Under the pieces are notes generated by a model that saw only the letters and a list, made by a program, of their open reading frames with translations, was not told where the DNA came from and did not search any database. The translations under genes were made by a program, and so were the position numbers. Source: Spironucleus salmonicida (taxonomy: Eukaryota). Taken from it: a stretch of 64,000 nucleotides of DNA. Below, in pieces: positions 1-12,755 of the stretch; position 1 is the first letter of the stretch; each line of letters starts with the position of its first letter. The stretch covers positions 930,001 through 994,000 of the forward strand of contig NC_090599.1 of NCBI RefSeq assembly GCF_000497125.1, in the 5' to 3' direction.

Positions 1-304
1 ACCGGTCGATCGAGTTGGCCGGGCAGACCTGACCGTTCGCGCACTGGCTCACGTAGGTCGAGCAGAAGTTGGGAAAGCAGTTCAGCTTGGTGTCATCTAG
101 CAAGTAGAAATCTAGGCATAATGTGCATTAATCGGGATTGGAGTTTTTGCAGTTTCGTACATTTCCATTTCTTGAAATTTTACAATAAAATCCTTCAGTA
201 ATTTGAGCACATGGTGTACAAGCCGCATGTGCTGTAGGAGATGTACATGAATAGTTAAAGCTGCAACCATTATTGGATAAATTTAAATCACAGCTTCCTG
301 ACAT
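1..304 (-). CDS. Cysteine-rich membrane protein (VSP/CRMP-like), 5' part, runs off window start; paralog of 57519-60788
   Basis: ATG at 304 after AAAA; MSGSCDLNLSNNGC... closely matches the start of the 57519 gene. Confidence 0.8.
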
Positions 305-1242
305 TTTTGAAATTAAAAAAATAAACTATGTATATATTACCTAAATTATCGAAACGTGTTAAATTTACTTATGGTTATATAAGTTGTTCAGTGCAGATTA
401 AATAAAATATTGATTTATTTTCAATAATTTATGTATTATTATTATTATTTTATTCATTTATTGTTATAGTAAAAACTAAATAAAACTAAGATAATTGAAA
501 TATATATATAAATATATGACTTATACTTCGGTTAAAAATTTCAATGACGATTATTATTCAATATTTTTCAATTTTGAAAATAAATATAACGGTTTACTTT
601 TGAGATACTACATATAATGGACACATTATTATTTAATTAACAAGAATATTAATATTTATTAGTTTAGAAAGAGTATAAAATAAATTGTATACTAAAACAG
701 AATCGTATAGATAAATGTTTATATATACTATTACAGCATAAATAGACCTGGACTAGATATGACAAATTTAGGCCAATCAATAAAGGTGGTTCTTAGGGTA
801 TAAAATGTTATAACCGTTAGTTATTTGTGCATAATTACTATATTCGTTATAAATTATTGATTCATAGCTGATCAGGATATCTGAATCAATAAGGACCTAT
901 CAAACGCGAAAATTTAGCTTAGTATAAATCTAGTTTTATTATTTTCGGTAATAATTCACTGTGAGAATTAAGTAAATTTATCCTTATTAATTAGCATGTA
1001 TAAAAGATCACAGTTCATGAAGCAATGTATCCCATTTTAAAATAGGTAGGCCTTGTTTTGTAAACCTAAATAGATATTACTCTCATAGTTTCTATTGGAT
1101 TGCTTAAAATCATAAAAGCAGCTAATAATGAGTATATGTTAAATTTTTATTTTTAAGAGTGTTAACCAGTCAAGTACTTACTTCTATTGGGAAATTTATA
1201 TTGTTGACATCTTTTTCGTATACTTTATTTAAATCCAAAAAT
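1..1242. repeat. Outer left arm of giant inverted duplication (partner 56582-57822)
   Basis: Reverse complement of e.g. 1141-1242 is found at 56582-56683; more substitutions than in the inner arms. Confidence 0.85.
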
Positions 1243-3396
1243 ACTTGTAAGGTTAAAATAAAACTTTTGTATTTTAAAAGTATATATATATATATTATAT
1301 GTTTTAGAGTGGCAATATTTTTATTATATTCTGGTATATAATATTATGTTTTTCCACTTTATTTTCTATTCCTTACTTAATATTATATAGTATATAATAA
1401 CTTTTAGCTTTTGAAAACTACGAAACTATATATCTCCCACTTCTGTTGTTGTATACTTAAATCTTTTTAAGTATTATATCCAATATATAGTATAATAAAA
1501 TTGTGTAAAGTAGAAGTTTCCTACGTATGGGTAATGGCAATTATAAATTTTTAACGATGCCTCTGGGCTTAAGTCCAGATAATGGCATAATAGCTTGGCC
1601 GAAAGTTTAAATGCCAAAAAAGTTAAATTGTGAGTGGAGGCTCAGTTTCATTTTTAGCAAGACAGAACTGTCTGTTACAATAAGAATGAAACAATGAAAA
1701 TTAATTTAACAAAAATAAAATAGAAAACGACCTTTTATCATCAGGTTGGCCAAAACTATTAACGATTAAAATTTTTGAGTAGGAATTTTAAAAAAGTGAT
1801 TTTTCAAACTTTCAGTAGGCGACTAGCAATTGAGGGTCCTTGTGTTAACACATTTTGGTGGTGCTAGATGACTTCTCTGGATGACCTTGTGCGAAACATG
1901 ATCTAGGTTTGTCAGAGGGATGAGAACCGACATAAATATTATATATTCTATATATCGACAATATATGCATAAATTAGTTTTTTCTACGTATACAATTCTG
2001 CAAAAACTGAAATGTTGATATTTGTTGAGGTTACTAGTTTTTTAGTTTCTGTATTGTGAAAACAATACAAAATTTAATATAATATAAAAAATATACAAAT
2101 ATTTTTGTATAATATAAAATTAAAATTTAGATTTATGTATTAGTATTATATATATTACGAATATTAACGTTTTTCAATTTACTGTATATGTTAGTTTCTG
2201 GCAGAGATAGAAAAGGAAAAAATATAGTATATATATAATAGATATATATATATTCTATATTGTATTTTAAAAGTACTTATTTTTCAAACGATTCGTCCAA
2301 AAAGGTCAAAAAATCATTATTTTGACACCTGTTGTGGAGTGGTACTTTTTGAAAAAAGGAGTTATGTAATTATTATATAGGATTATGTTAAACTTATTTT
2401 TTTCAAATTTTCACACACTTTGTTATGGTGTAGTATTATGCAATTTTTCTATTGTTTAAAGTGGTGAAAAAATAATATATATATATATATTATAGGTATA
2501 TTTTTTTGGTTTATAATATTGGAAAGATTTGTATTTTACATTAGTTTTGTACATAATTACATCAAAATTATACATACAAATTTACTATAAAATTCAGTTT
2601 CTACAGTTTCTATAGATTATTCAATATACAGACATATTATATTTACATATATATTAATAAATGTATTTTAAAGTACTCAAATTTATCAACCAAACCCATC
2701 AACACTATCACAAAACTCACTATAAAATTTTATCAAAATTTTTTAACCCTTGTTTGAAAGCTTATTATTAAAAATATCAAATAAAACTATTTTTAATATA
2801 TATTATTATATGTTTTTAAATAAAATATTTACAATTAATTATTCTAGTTTCTTCTATAACTTGTGTGGCAATAATATATATATCTAAAATATACAATTAC
2901 TTTCCTTTTTTTAAGAGAGTATAATTTATTGAATATTACTATTATATTTGTATATTATATTAGTTATTATAAGTTTTCCTTTTCTTTTTTACATTAATAT
3001 AATTATAATTATATAAAATTAATAATTTAAAAATGGGTAATGATAATAAAAATTAAAGTGATCAAAAAAATAAAAGAAATGGAAATTTAAATTATTATAT
3101 AATGAATATAATTTTATTAAAAAAATAATGATCTATTCAGAGTTGAACCCAGTATTAGTAAAATTAAAAAAATCGCTTATAACATCTAAACAAAAATTAT
3201 TATTTATAGATTTTTGGAGTGGAAATATTTTTAAGAATTTAAATAAATGGATATTATTATTATATATATTTAGATATACCATGGAAAGAAGAAATATTAC
3301 GTATAATAAACAATAATATTAACAAATCAATTTATCGTAAAAATGGATAATTAATAATTTCATATATATAAAATAGTACTAAAAATAGTCTCTAGA

Positions 3397-4659
3397 ATAT
3401 ATTATATACAAAAACTAATTTCGTAGAAAAAGAAGTAATATATATTTACAATATTAAATGATAGTTTCAATTCTTTTTTTAAAATCATAATAATAACTTT
3501 ATATATGAATAATATAGTGTTTGGTGATGCTAAAAAACTATTTAGAAATCTACAAAACCGATCTATTTTTAGAATCAACGTTTTAGAATAAGTGTATATG
3601 AATATATAATAATATGTAGTTTGCCCAGAAAAAACGCTTCATTTTTATGATTATAGATAATTTACTATTATAATAGGTTTGGTAACTTCCGGATTTTTAG
3701 CCAACTGTAGATGTATAGGTTTTTCCTTTCCTAAACATAACCTTTTGGTATTTTTTTTCTAATAGTGATTCTGCATTGAACGTGAAAAAATTTACATCCC
3801 ATAGGATATAATACACTATCGTATTTTTTTAAATACCATTAAATGTTGCAACCACTGCAGACTAGTTAATAGGATATACGATAACGTTATACAAAAGCTG
3901 CTGCAAAAGCTCTTGCAGAAGTCTATAATGCAGAAGCTACTGAAAAATACCACGCAAAACGTTGGGACCATATCGAATGCTTACGGTATGACGTGGACAG
4001 ATTCTAAAGGATGGTTGAGTCATTGACTAATTAATTAAAAAGAACTTAAATTGTTCTCAGAAGTGGTGACACGCTTAGAATCTTACACCATCAATATAGC
4101 TTATCATATCTTGACGGTTAAATTGAACAGGAAAAAAAGTCATTAGAGATAACTAAATACGAATTAGAGGTGGCAGTCCACTAACATAGATATATTTAGG
4201 CATAAATCCTGGCATTACCTGCAGACCCTGCAAACTATACTTATGTATAAGGATAAGGATTATCCGAAGAAGTTTGGGCCGAACTCCTTGCGATAAAAAC
4301 ATAATACACAGATCAAGAAATATTAGACAGATATCAAACTTCTGACACATCAGAATCTATGTGATATAATATTATATTATTTTTTTTTTCAATTTAATTA
4401 TTTTAAAAGTGATTAATCTATATTAATGATCTGAATAAATTAACCAATCTTAAAATGGTTAAAGGTTTAAAGTTTTAAATGAATTAATTATTTCTAAATA
4501 TAAATATAACTATAACTATAAATAAATAAATAATAATTCAGGAGATGTAAAGTTAATAATATTTATTTAATCTTATACTATATTTTTTTCGATTTTAATT
4601 TATATTTATATTTATTAATATTACGGATCTAATTTGATGAAGATGTTTTAATAAATATA
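3397..4659 (+). repeat. Left terminal inverted repeat
   Basis: Near-perfect reverse complement of 19840-21101 (one homopolymer indel noticed); mirrored ORF-track entries 4153-4350 / 20149-20346. Confidence 0.95.
3843..4364 (+). CDS. Hypothetical 173-aa helical/coiled-coil protein encoded within the left TIR
   Basis: TAAATG start, open to TGA with TAR=Gln: MLQPLQTSQQDIRQRYTKAAAKALAEVYNAE...SESM; followed by T10-CAA. Confidence 0.7.
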
Positions 4660-4772
4660 TTTGTTTGATGAATATATGAATAATTCTATTACTGATAAGT
4701 GTACGTGTATAAATATGAATATGTTTTAATAAATAAATTAAAATTGAAAAAAACAAAGATAATTCTTGTTGA

Positions 4773-5735
4773 TCACTATCTCATAATAATACTTTAATCT
4801 AATGGTAACTATATATTAATAAGATCATATTAATTAGAATAAATATCTATAAATCCGTTATCTGGTCTAATAATAATAGTACCACTCTTTGCAGATCCTT
4901 TTTAAATAGTAATTGGGAACTTTTTAGCACAGTCTTTTGGCATAAGAATTAATCCACCTTACTGAGCACACTCATCATTTATAATAATTTTATTATCTAC
5001 GCTACCAGATTCTTTGATGAGAATATTACCAGTACAATCTTTACCAATAAATATATTTTATGAATCTTATATTTATATATTTTTAGAATTACTATCAATA
5101 TACACTTTTGATGAATTATTTATTTTTACATTCTCACAATCTGATATGAATATATTGCTACCAACTACATCACAACCTGTTATTTACTTAGTACCTTCAA
5201 ATAAACATAAATTTTCTGCAACATATTTAACATTTTACATATTTGGTAAACTAACTTAAACATACTAAGCAGTATCATTTACGAACCTTTTAGGATAACC
5301 GATAACAGATTATACATTATTTGGTAATGCTTGATCAGTTACTTATACAAATTATAAATTTTAGAAATCGAAAGACATGTCAATCAATCCTGGTCTGATA
5401 CGTCTAACAATATTATAATGTTACATAGTCTTTGAACTTGGGTATTAAAATTTAAAATCACATATATCTGAATCAACTTTAGTACATATAATAATATCAT
5501 CAGTAAAGTTTACTGATTTCAATAGTTTAACAGTGTCACTTTCTTTATCATATTCAACTACATATAATCTTTCTAAACTACTATAATCTTAATTAATATA
5601 AACTTAATCTTAAATTTTACCGTGTGCTGATAGTTGTACAACATAAGGACCTTCTTGTCCTTCTTCGTAACCTTTTATATTATCAATTTGAATAGGTGTT
5701 TAACCACCTTACATAATATTAATGAACCTTTACAT
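4773..5735 (-). CDS. Beta-helix-like repeat protein, paralog B (320 aa)
   Basis: TAAATG start, MQRFINIMQGG...; Asn/Ile/Cys/Gly-rich repeats (NIFISDCENVKINNSSKVYIDSNSKNI); TGA stop. Confidence 0.7.
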
Positions 5736-5780
5736 TTATTCATATAAAAAATAAAGTCAATAAATATATAATCATAATAA

Positions 5781-6800
5781 TCATAATAATATTACATCTT
5801 ATGTAGATTATATGTTTAACAAATCATTGTCACTTGTTCTAACATCTATCATACCATTATTATTTTTGATTCTCACTACTCCATTATTTCCTGAATCAGA
5901 TCTGATTGTTATCGAATTTGTTTTTGCAGATCCTTACTCTATAAATAATATTCCATTATTAAAACAATTGGATTCTATATTTATTTAACTATTAATGTTT
6001 CCAGAGTTGTTACCTATAAATACTTAACCAGAATATTTATCAATATGTCCATCTAGCTTTATATTTTAACAACCTTGTTCTATAATTATATTTTAACAAT
6101 CATTATTTATTAGTATATTTTATCCATTAATTATTTAATTTTATTATTTACCTATAAATATTATGTTGTTACCTTTACATTATATATTTTACATGTTGGT
6201 ACCTAGAACAATATTGTTACCAGTAATTTAACAATTGCTAATATGTGTTATGTTAACTTCACATAATAAATATTTTGAATAGTAACATAATTAAACATCT
6301 TAAGGTAATCTTAATGGTTGATAACTTATGTTACATTAATTTTATTTTACTAATATAAATTCATCTGGTAAATTTGGAGTACTAGCAGGAATAGTTATTG
6401 GAATAAAACAATTAATAATATTACCTAAATAATTAAATTATTAACATACAGTATTCACAAAATCAAACTAACAATGTAACTATTGTCTAGATCTGTTACA
6501 AATCAAGTAAAATTTGTTTTAATATTTAAAAGAGTAACACTCGTTACATATCTTAACATAAATAACATCATTTGTAAACTTATCAGAAACTAATTATATT
6601 ATCTCATTATTTATATTATCAAATGATATTATTTTAAGTTTCTCATTTTATAATTATATTGGATAGTCATCTACTTTATTCACAGATTATTATTCATTCT
6701 TTTTTTCAATTCTTATTTCTTAATAGAATCATTGATTATTTCCTAGTCTATATCTATAAATATTTATAACTATTTTGTAGTTACTACAATTCTACCATTA
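5781..6800 (-). CDS. Beta-helix-like repeat protein, paralog A; 5' end disrupted, start uncertain
   Basis: Open frame ~6700 to TGA at 5781 (GNNIVLGTNMQNIQCKGNNIIFIG...); C-terminus resembles paralog B; frame change near the T7 run at ~6700-6706. Confidence 0.6.
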
Positions 6801-6868
6801 TATGTTAAAGTTGGATATGATCATATTAGTTGTGCATTTAATTTAGCGAAAAATTTTCTAATAAACAT

Positions 6869-8056
6869 ATGCCACAGCAGTAAATGTTCATAAACATCTA
6901 GTCAACCAATGATATTAAAAGATTGAATATAACTTAATCAGATAAGATAATTTATCCAGAACAATTAAACGTATTAGAATTAACAAACATTAGTGTATAA
7001 ACTAATTAAAAATGTAACGACTTAGTATTAAAAGGAAGTAATGATGATATTATAATAGCTAGATTAGTTGATACTGAACTGTGTTCGTTTTTGTATAGAC
7101 ATGACAAATATTCTATAATTAAAAGATACAATGATAATATAAGTCCAAATTTTGATTTTAAAAATACAATTAAACACTAAGATCGTAGTGGATTAATATA
7201 ATATAAATAAGTAACTTAAAATTAATATAATTTAGATGGAATTGTTAGTATTAAAGATAGCATAGATCTATCAACATATTTATAAAATATAAATTTGTAA
7301 CTAAACTTGTTATAATCTTATTCTGATATCACCAAATTATAAGATATAACTGTTATTAACTCTTCTGATATTGTGTTAGGAAACTAGAGTTAAGGAATTA
7401 GTATACATGATAGTACAAATATTAGAGTAGATGATAATTGTTGTAGCGAGTCTGGAAATATAATTATTAATTCTTCTAATGATATTCACATAGGAAACAA
7501 TTGTGCAAACTATGGATTAATTTATATAAAAGATAATTGTTAAAATATTTATATTTAAGAATAGTGTAGTAATTCGGGTTAAATAATAATAAACAGTAAT
7601 TGTGGATCACTTGGTGGTTAAATTATTATACAAGATCAGTGTGCTAATTAAGGTTAAATATTGATAGGGAACTCTTGTGCAACTAATGGAGGTAAAATAT
7701 TGATAGGTAAACAACTATAATTAGTAAAAATATAAAATGGGACGACAACTAATCCAAATTCTATATTAAACATATGTTACGATTAATATAATTTTGACCA
7801 ACAAATAATATTATAGAAATCTTAGTAAAATCTTTAAATTATAAATGATCTACAAATATAGAGATACAAATTCCTATATTTAATAAACACTAAAGATTAT
7901 TATAATCATATCAAGAAGATACACTAAAATAATATTATAAATTTATAATAAGTATAGAATTATATAGCACCAGTAATAGATCTACAAAATCCAGACTAAA
8001 TACCAAATATGTTCGACACTGATTAATATGAGAATGTAAAAATTTTATTAAACTGA
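6869..8056 (+). CDS. Beta-helix-like repeat protein, paralog C (395 aa)
   Basis: MPQQQMFINI...DDIIIARLVDTELCSF...FDFKN, then repeats such as NSSNDIHIGNNCANYGLIYIKDNCQNIYIQEQCSNSGQIII; TGA at 8054-8056. Confidence 0.72.
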
Positions 8057-8061
8057 GTATA

Positions 8062-11000
8062 ATGAACGCTTCTATAAATGATTGTTTCAAAGCATGCATT
8101 GGTTCTTAATATATCTTCTGGATTTATGATAAAAGGCTATAAAGTTAGTACGCAACACACTATTTACCTACCTAATCTGACAATGATGCATTTTGGTAAG
8201 AGTATATAGAGAAGTTCATATCTTCACCAAATAACACTAATGTACAATACAAAAACAAAGCTATTGATCCTAAATATAATTCTGGGATACCATTTGACTC
8301 TGATATATACATAAATATAGATGAAAAGGAATATTTAGTCAGCTATTATTAAATCTTATTGTAAGGTAGATAAAAGTAGCTAGCTCAACAAAAATTAGAT
8401 AATATATAAAATATGAATGAAAATGATATTATGTAAACGTTTAAATAATTAGTAAGTGCTCACAAATTTATACCGAAATAAGATATTATGTAACTAATTT
8501 AATAAGCAACAGTAGAGTTCCTATCTTTCCTAAACAGTAGATTCGAAAAGTCTACTATAGGTGGTAATCCATAAGGTAATCCTTTAGGTATATAACCTAT
8601 AATTATGTTACGAGACAAATTAGACTTATCAAAATCTAAAAGTGATGAACATGTTTACAGATACGGTTTCCATATATATTATTTTGGTGTCAAGTTTACC
8701 TTTTAATGGAAATATTTTATAAAAGAGTACTTCACTTTCTCACCACAACTAATTTAAAATCTATAAATGTTGTTACCACACACTACTCTAGATTAATTCT
8801 TAGATACTTAACCTTTGGTAGGAGCAATTTCTCTTCCTTTATCTAATAGTAAAGCTAAATCTTATTCTAGATTTTATAATAGTGATAACAATAAATATGT
8901 AGATGTTACTACTGATATCTTATTATTATTAGCATTAAATCCTTTCTAAGGATAACCTGCTAAGATATAGTAACAGTACTCATATTTAATATTAGATGAA
9001 TTTTAATCTTTTGTAGAATATTTGTAGATTAACCAAACCCAAAGTTACGAACATGCAATAACTGTAGCTATTAATTTTATAATGTAACATTCAAAAGCTG
9101 ATCCATCTTTACTAGAATTATATAAATAGTATGGACATCCATCTTACCAACAAAGAATACAAATTATATAATATTTAATAAATATATATAGCGGTAAACA
9201 TAGATTTATGTTACTATAGTGTGCTTACTATTTAATAATGTGTGGTAACGATTAAACTACTTAACTAAAATATAATTCTGTACAACAAATACTTGATACT
9301 TATGTACCTTCTATTGATACTCCATAAGGTAATCCATAAGGTACTCCATAAGGTAATCCTATTATTGATAACAACGTTGATGATGAATATGTTGATGAAT
9401 CTGTTGATGATAGTACTACATAAGGTAATCCATTAGGTACTCCATAAGGTACTTCGTTAGATGGTGAAGTATCTCAAGTATCTTATTTATTAAATTCTGA
9501 TACACTTGTTAATACGTCATCAGAAGATACTGTTTGGTTAGAAAGTAAGAGAAATAGATTTCAAAAAAAATATCTATTATAGTATAGCAATAATTTTAGT
9601 ACGTTCATAAAAATAACCAATCAGTAGAGCAATCAATATTATTATTGTTCAAATTATATAATTCTATAAATAATACTAACTTATAATATAATTAATAATT
9701 AATATATTTATAAAATTTTGAAAGTTTTCTTGCTAAGTATCATTATGGAATATTTCTTCAAACTTATTATTCACAGTTGAGATCATCTACTTTAGATGTA
9801 TCAGTTTAAGAAACTTACACAGATTATATTGTAACATAATTATAAAACAAAGTAATAAGAAGATGTGATGGATTATTAGTATTTTAAGAATCTGCTATAA
9901 ATTATTCTGATTATAATAAATATCACTTTGATACTGGTGCTATACAAGTTCCGGATATTACAAACAAAATTATGGTTAATTTAAAAAATAATATATGTTA
10001 AAAGGTAGCTTAATATAAATTAAATTCTTATATAATATTTCTTGAAGCTTCTAGTAACTTTTCTAATAAACGGTGGCTTGCTAAATAAGAAGATTCTCCG
10101 AATATTGTTCAATACCGAGAAATTTCATAGTTATATTGTTAGATACGTTCCATAGATATGTATTAAACTAAATTCAGAACTACTGGTAAAGCTACAACAG
10201 ATAAATTGTAACCAAACTTATAGTTAAATCAATTAGATATAGATTAAGATGATAATATAATAGGAGTATTTAATGGTATAATATAATATGATAATAATAT
10301 TAATAACTTTTAATTACTAAATGCTGATCAATGTAGAACTAAACTAGTTACAAAATCTAATCTGTTTGAAATATAGTAATAGTTTATAGATAAGAATTAA
10401 TTCTTGATAACTCCAGAATAATTATCAAAAGATATTATAGAAGGATATGATGATAACTAGAGTTATTATTAAATTTATAAAGAAGTAGAATCAATTTACT
10501 CAGATATATTTAATGATGGAGACGACATCGAAGTATTTGAATTTATTATATTATAAGGTTTTACAAGAATGATTCATAAGACTATATCAAACTCTCACGT
10601 ATTGTTTTAATATGGTACTGGTTCAGATGGTAAAACATTCTCAACTTAAAACATAATGACAGGATTAGGTTCTGATGCAACATCTATACAAAAACGAAAG
10701 ATTTCAGCGTAAGGTTATTCATCTAAAGTTAAATCATCAGTATTACAAACTTCGAACACTTGTGCTAGTAGTCATGACAGTGGGGGTTATCCAGAATTAA
10801 TTGGTAAATATATTGCAGTAGTATCTGAATTAAATATTAATGTTGACCTAAGTGTAGATGTAATCAAATCATTATGTTGTGACACTTAAGTTAGTTGTAG
10901 AAAAGCAAATGCTTCTGATGTTGTTAGTTTTACAAATAAAGCTCTTATTATTATATAATCAAATTCTTATCCTAGATTTAATTAATAAATAGATGATGGT

Positions 11001-11673
11001 CTAGCAAGAAGATTCTTATTTTATAGCCATAAAGTTAAATTTATAAGTGAGTAATCTTATAATGACAAAACCGAATCAGAAAGAAGACAAAACAAAATAG
11101 CTAGTGTAGATATACGTACAAAAATGTCATCAGATCTTAGATATATAGATGTGTTTGGGTTTTATATGTTATAAACTTATATGAAGTGTATAAGAAGAAG
11201 AGATGATTATACTAAAGTTACCCCAATGTTATAATATGAAACTAAACAATTTTAAGATAATATTTAAAAATATATCACAGAGTGTTCTAATTTATTAGAA
11301 TTTAAACACATAAACTTCATCTACTTTAAATAATATATAAAGAATGTTTAAAATATAATAAAATCTTAAGAAGAATAGAAGAACCTTAATTAATAATAAG
11401 TTGTAATCATATTTATTAATTAAAAGTAATCTTTAGTATATATATATATGTTATTTTGACTTAACTAAGAAGATCTTGTGTAGGTTAACTGAGAATGACT
11501 TCTAAGCTAAAATGAACAACACAAATTTTATAGTAATAATTATAGACCACGTTTATGTAAGTTAAAACTTACAACAGATCAATGATGTGTTCTACACTTC
11601 GTTATCTACTAAGAACATAGACGTACATACGACAATATTGAAAACTATATAAAGCTTTGAAAATAACATCTGA
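8062..11673 (+). CDS. AEP primase - superfamily 3 helicase fusion (poxvirus D5 / ASFV C962R-like), frameshifted
   Basis: AEP-like motifs SGIPFDSD and YRYGFHIYY; Walker A YGTGSDGKT at ~10611-10637; IAVVSE, IIIQSN, DDGLARRF..HKVKF. Frame change at A8 (9563-9570); second frame stops at 11459, probable further shift in (TA)n ~11437-11449 extends to TGA 11673. Confidence 0.88.
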
Positions 11674-11747
11674 TAATTATATTCTTATAATTTTTTTCAA
11701 GAATTTTATCAAAAAAAATATTATATAAATAAATATTAGTGATCATC

Positions 11748-12728
11748 TCACACTAATAAAGTGTCCCAGTTCTTGTATAGATTACTAACAGGTTATTAAA
11801 CAATTAATAAGAAGTTATAATTTGACAACTGTTGATTAATCTAAATAGGTTAAGGTAAGTTCGTCACTCTATTTAATTGCTTATATTGTTCTATAAATTA
11901 AGGTACCTAAAAAGTATCTGTCTACAACTTTGGTAAACTATAATACAAATCTTATATCTCTTCAAAGTCTACTCCTTAAAATAAGAATATCATATTCATG
12001 TGCTATTTAAATAGTTTAGTTGCTCGGTTGATACTATGTAAAGATATACCTATAAACCATAATCCTAAATGTCTCTTTGTTGTTAATAGTTTTGCAAAGA
12101 GTTCGTGAGTTAAATTAGTTAACTCTGTCTTTTAATAATAATCAAATCTTAAAACTATCTTCTACCTTCTGATCCAATATCCATCAAAGTGTTGTCCAAC
12201 TGATTTATATAATTGACTAACCTGTATATGTTTCTAGTTATCATATTCAGCGAATAACAATTCTGGATACTTAGTCTTTACTGTTTAAATTTAATTTATA
12301 CATTATATGATTTTATCTTAGTCCTATATTTAACCATTTCTTAATGTAGATTGTTTAGTTAAGACTTTACTAACATCGTCACTCATATTTTAAAAGAATT
12401 TAAATAATTATTATAATTTGTTATCATCTGGTTAAATCTTAGTCTTCTTATCTTTAGTTTGTTTTAAAGTATCGTCGCTCTGTACTGAAGGGGATATAAA
12501 GATATTATGAGTAACTTTTTCATTATTTAATTAAGGATTATTTAAATCATATTTAGTAAGAGTAGCGTAATCTATATATTGTTGAGCAACCGTATTCATT
12601 TAGTATGATTTACCTGAACCTGGAGATCCCCAGAACCCATAGAATCCATAAGATATTAATTTAATATTATTGTTTTAACTAGAATCTATAATAAATTAAC
12701 ATTCGTCTGATTACACATTATATGCCAT
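11748..12728 (-). CDS. A32/FtsK-HerA-type genome packaging ATPase (326 aa)
   Basis: TAAATG start; Walker A GFWGSPGSGKS (~12607-12639), NIFISPS, Walker-B-like IVLRFDY, arginine-finger region LLTTKRHLGLWFIGISLH; intact frame to TGA. Confidence 0.82.
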
Positions 12729-12755
12729 TTATTAATTAGAAAAATATAATTTTGA

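Noticed and set aside
3391-3402. Target-site duplication at element ends
   Set aside because: Ends are ATAT-rich and self-complementary, so TSD and TIR cannot be separated
4153-4350. 65-aa minus-strand ORF (and mirror 20149-20346)
   Set aside because: Antisense shadow of the longer TAR=Gln gene 3843-4364
9562-9571. Programmed -1 frameshift at A AAA AAA in the primase-helicase
   Set aside because: Fits a slippery heptamer, but other breaks in the element also fall in homopolymers with different directions; error or slippage is simpler
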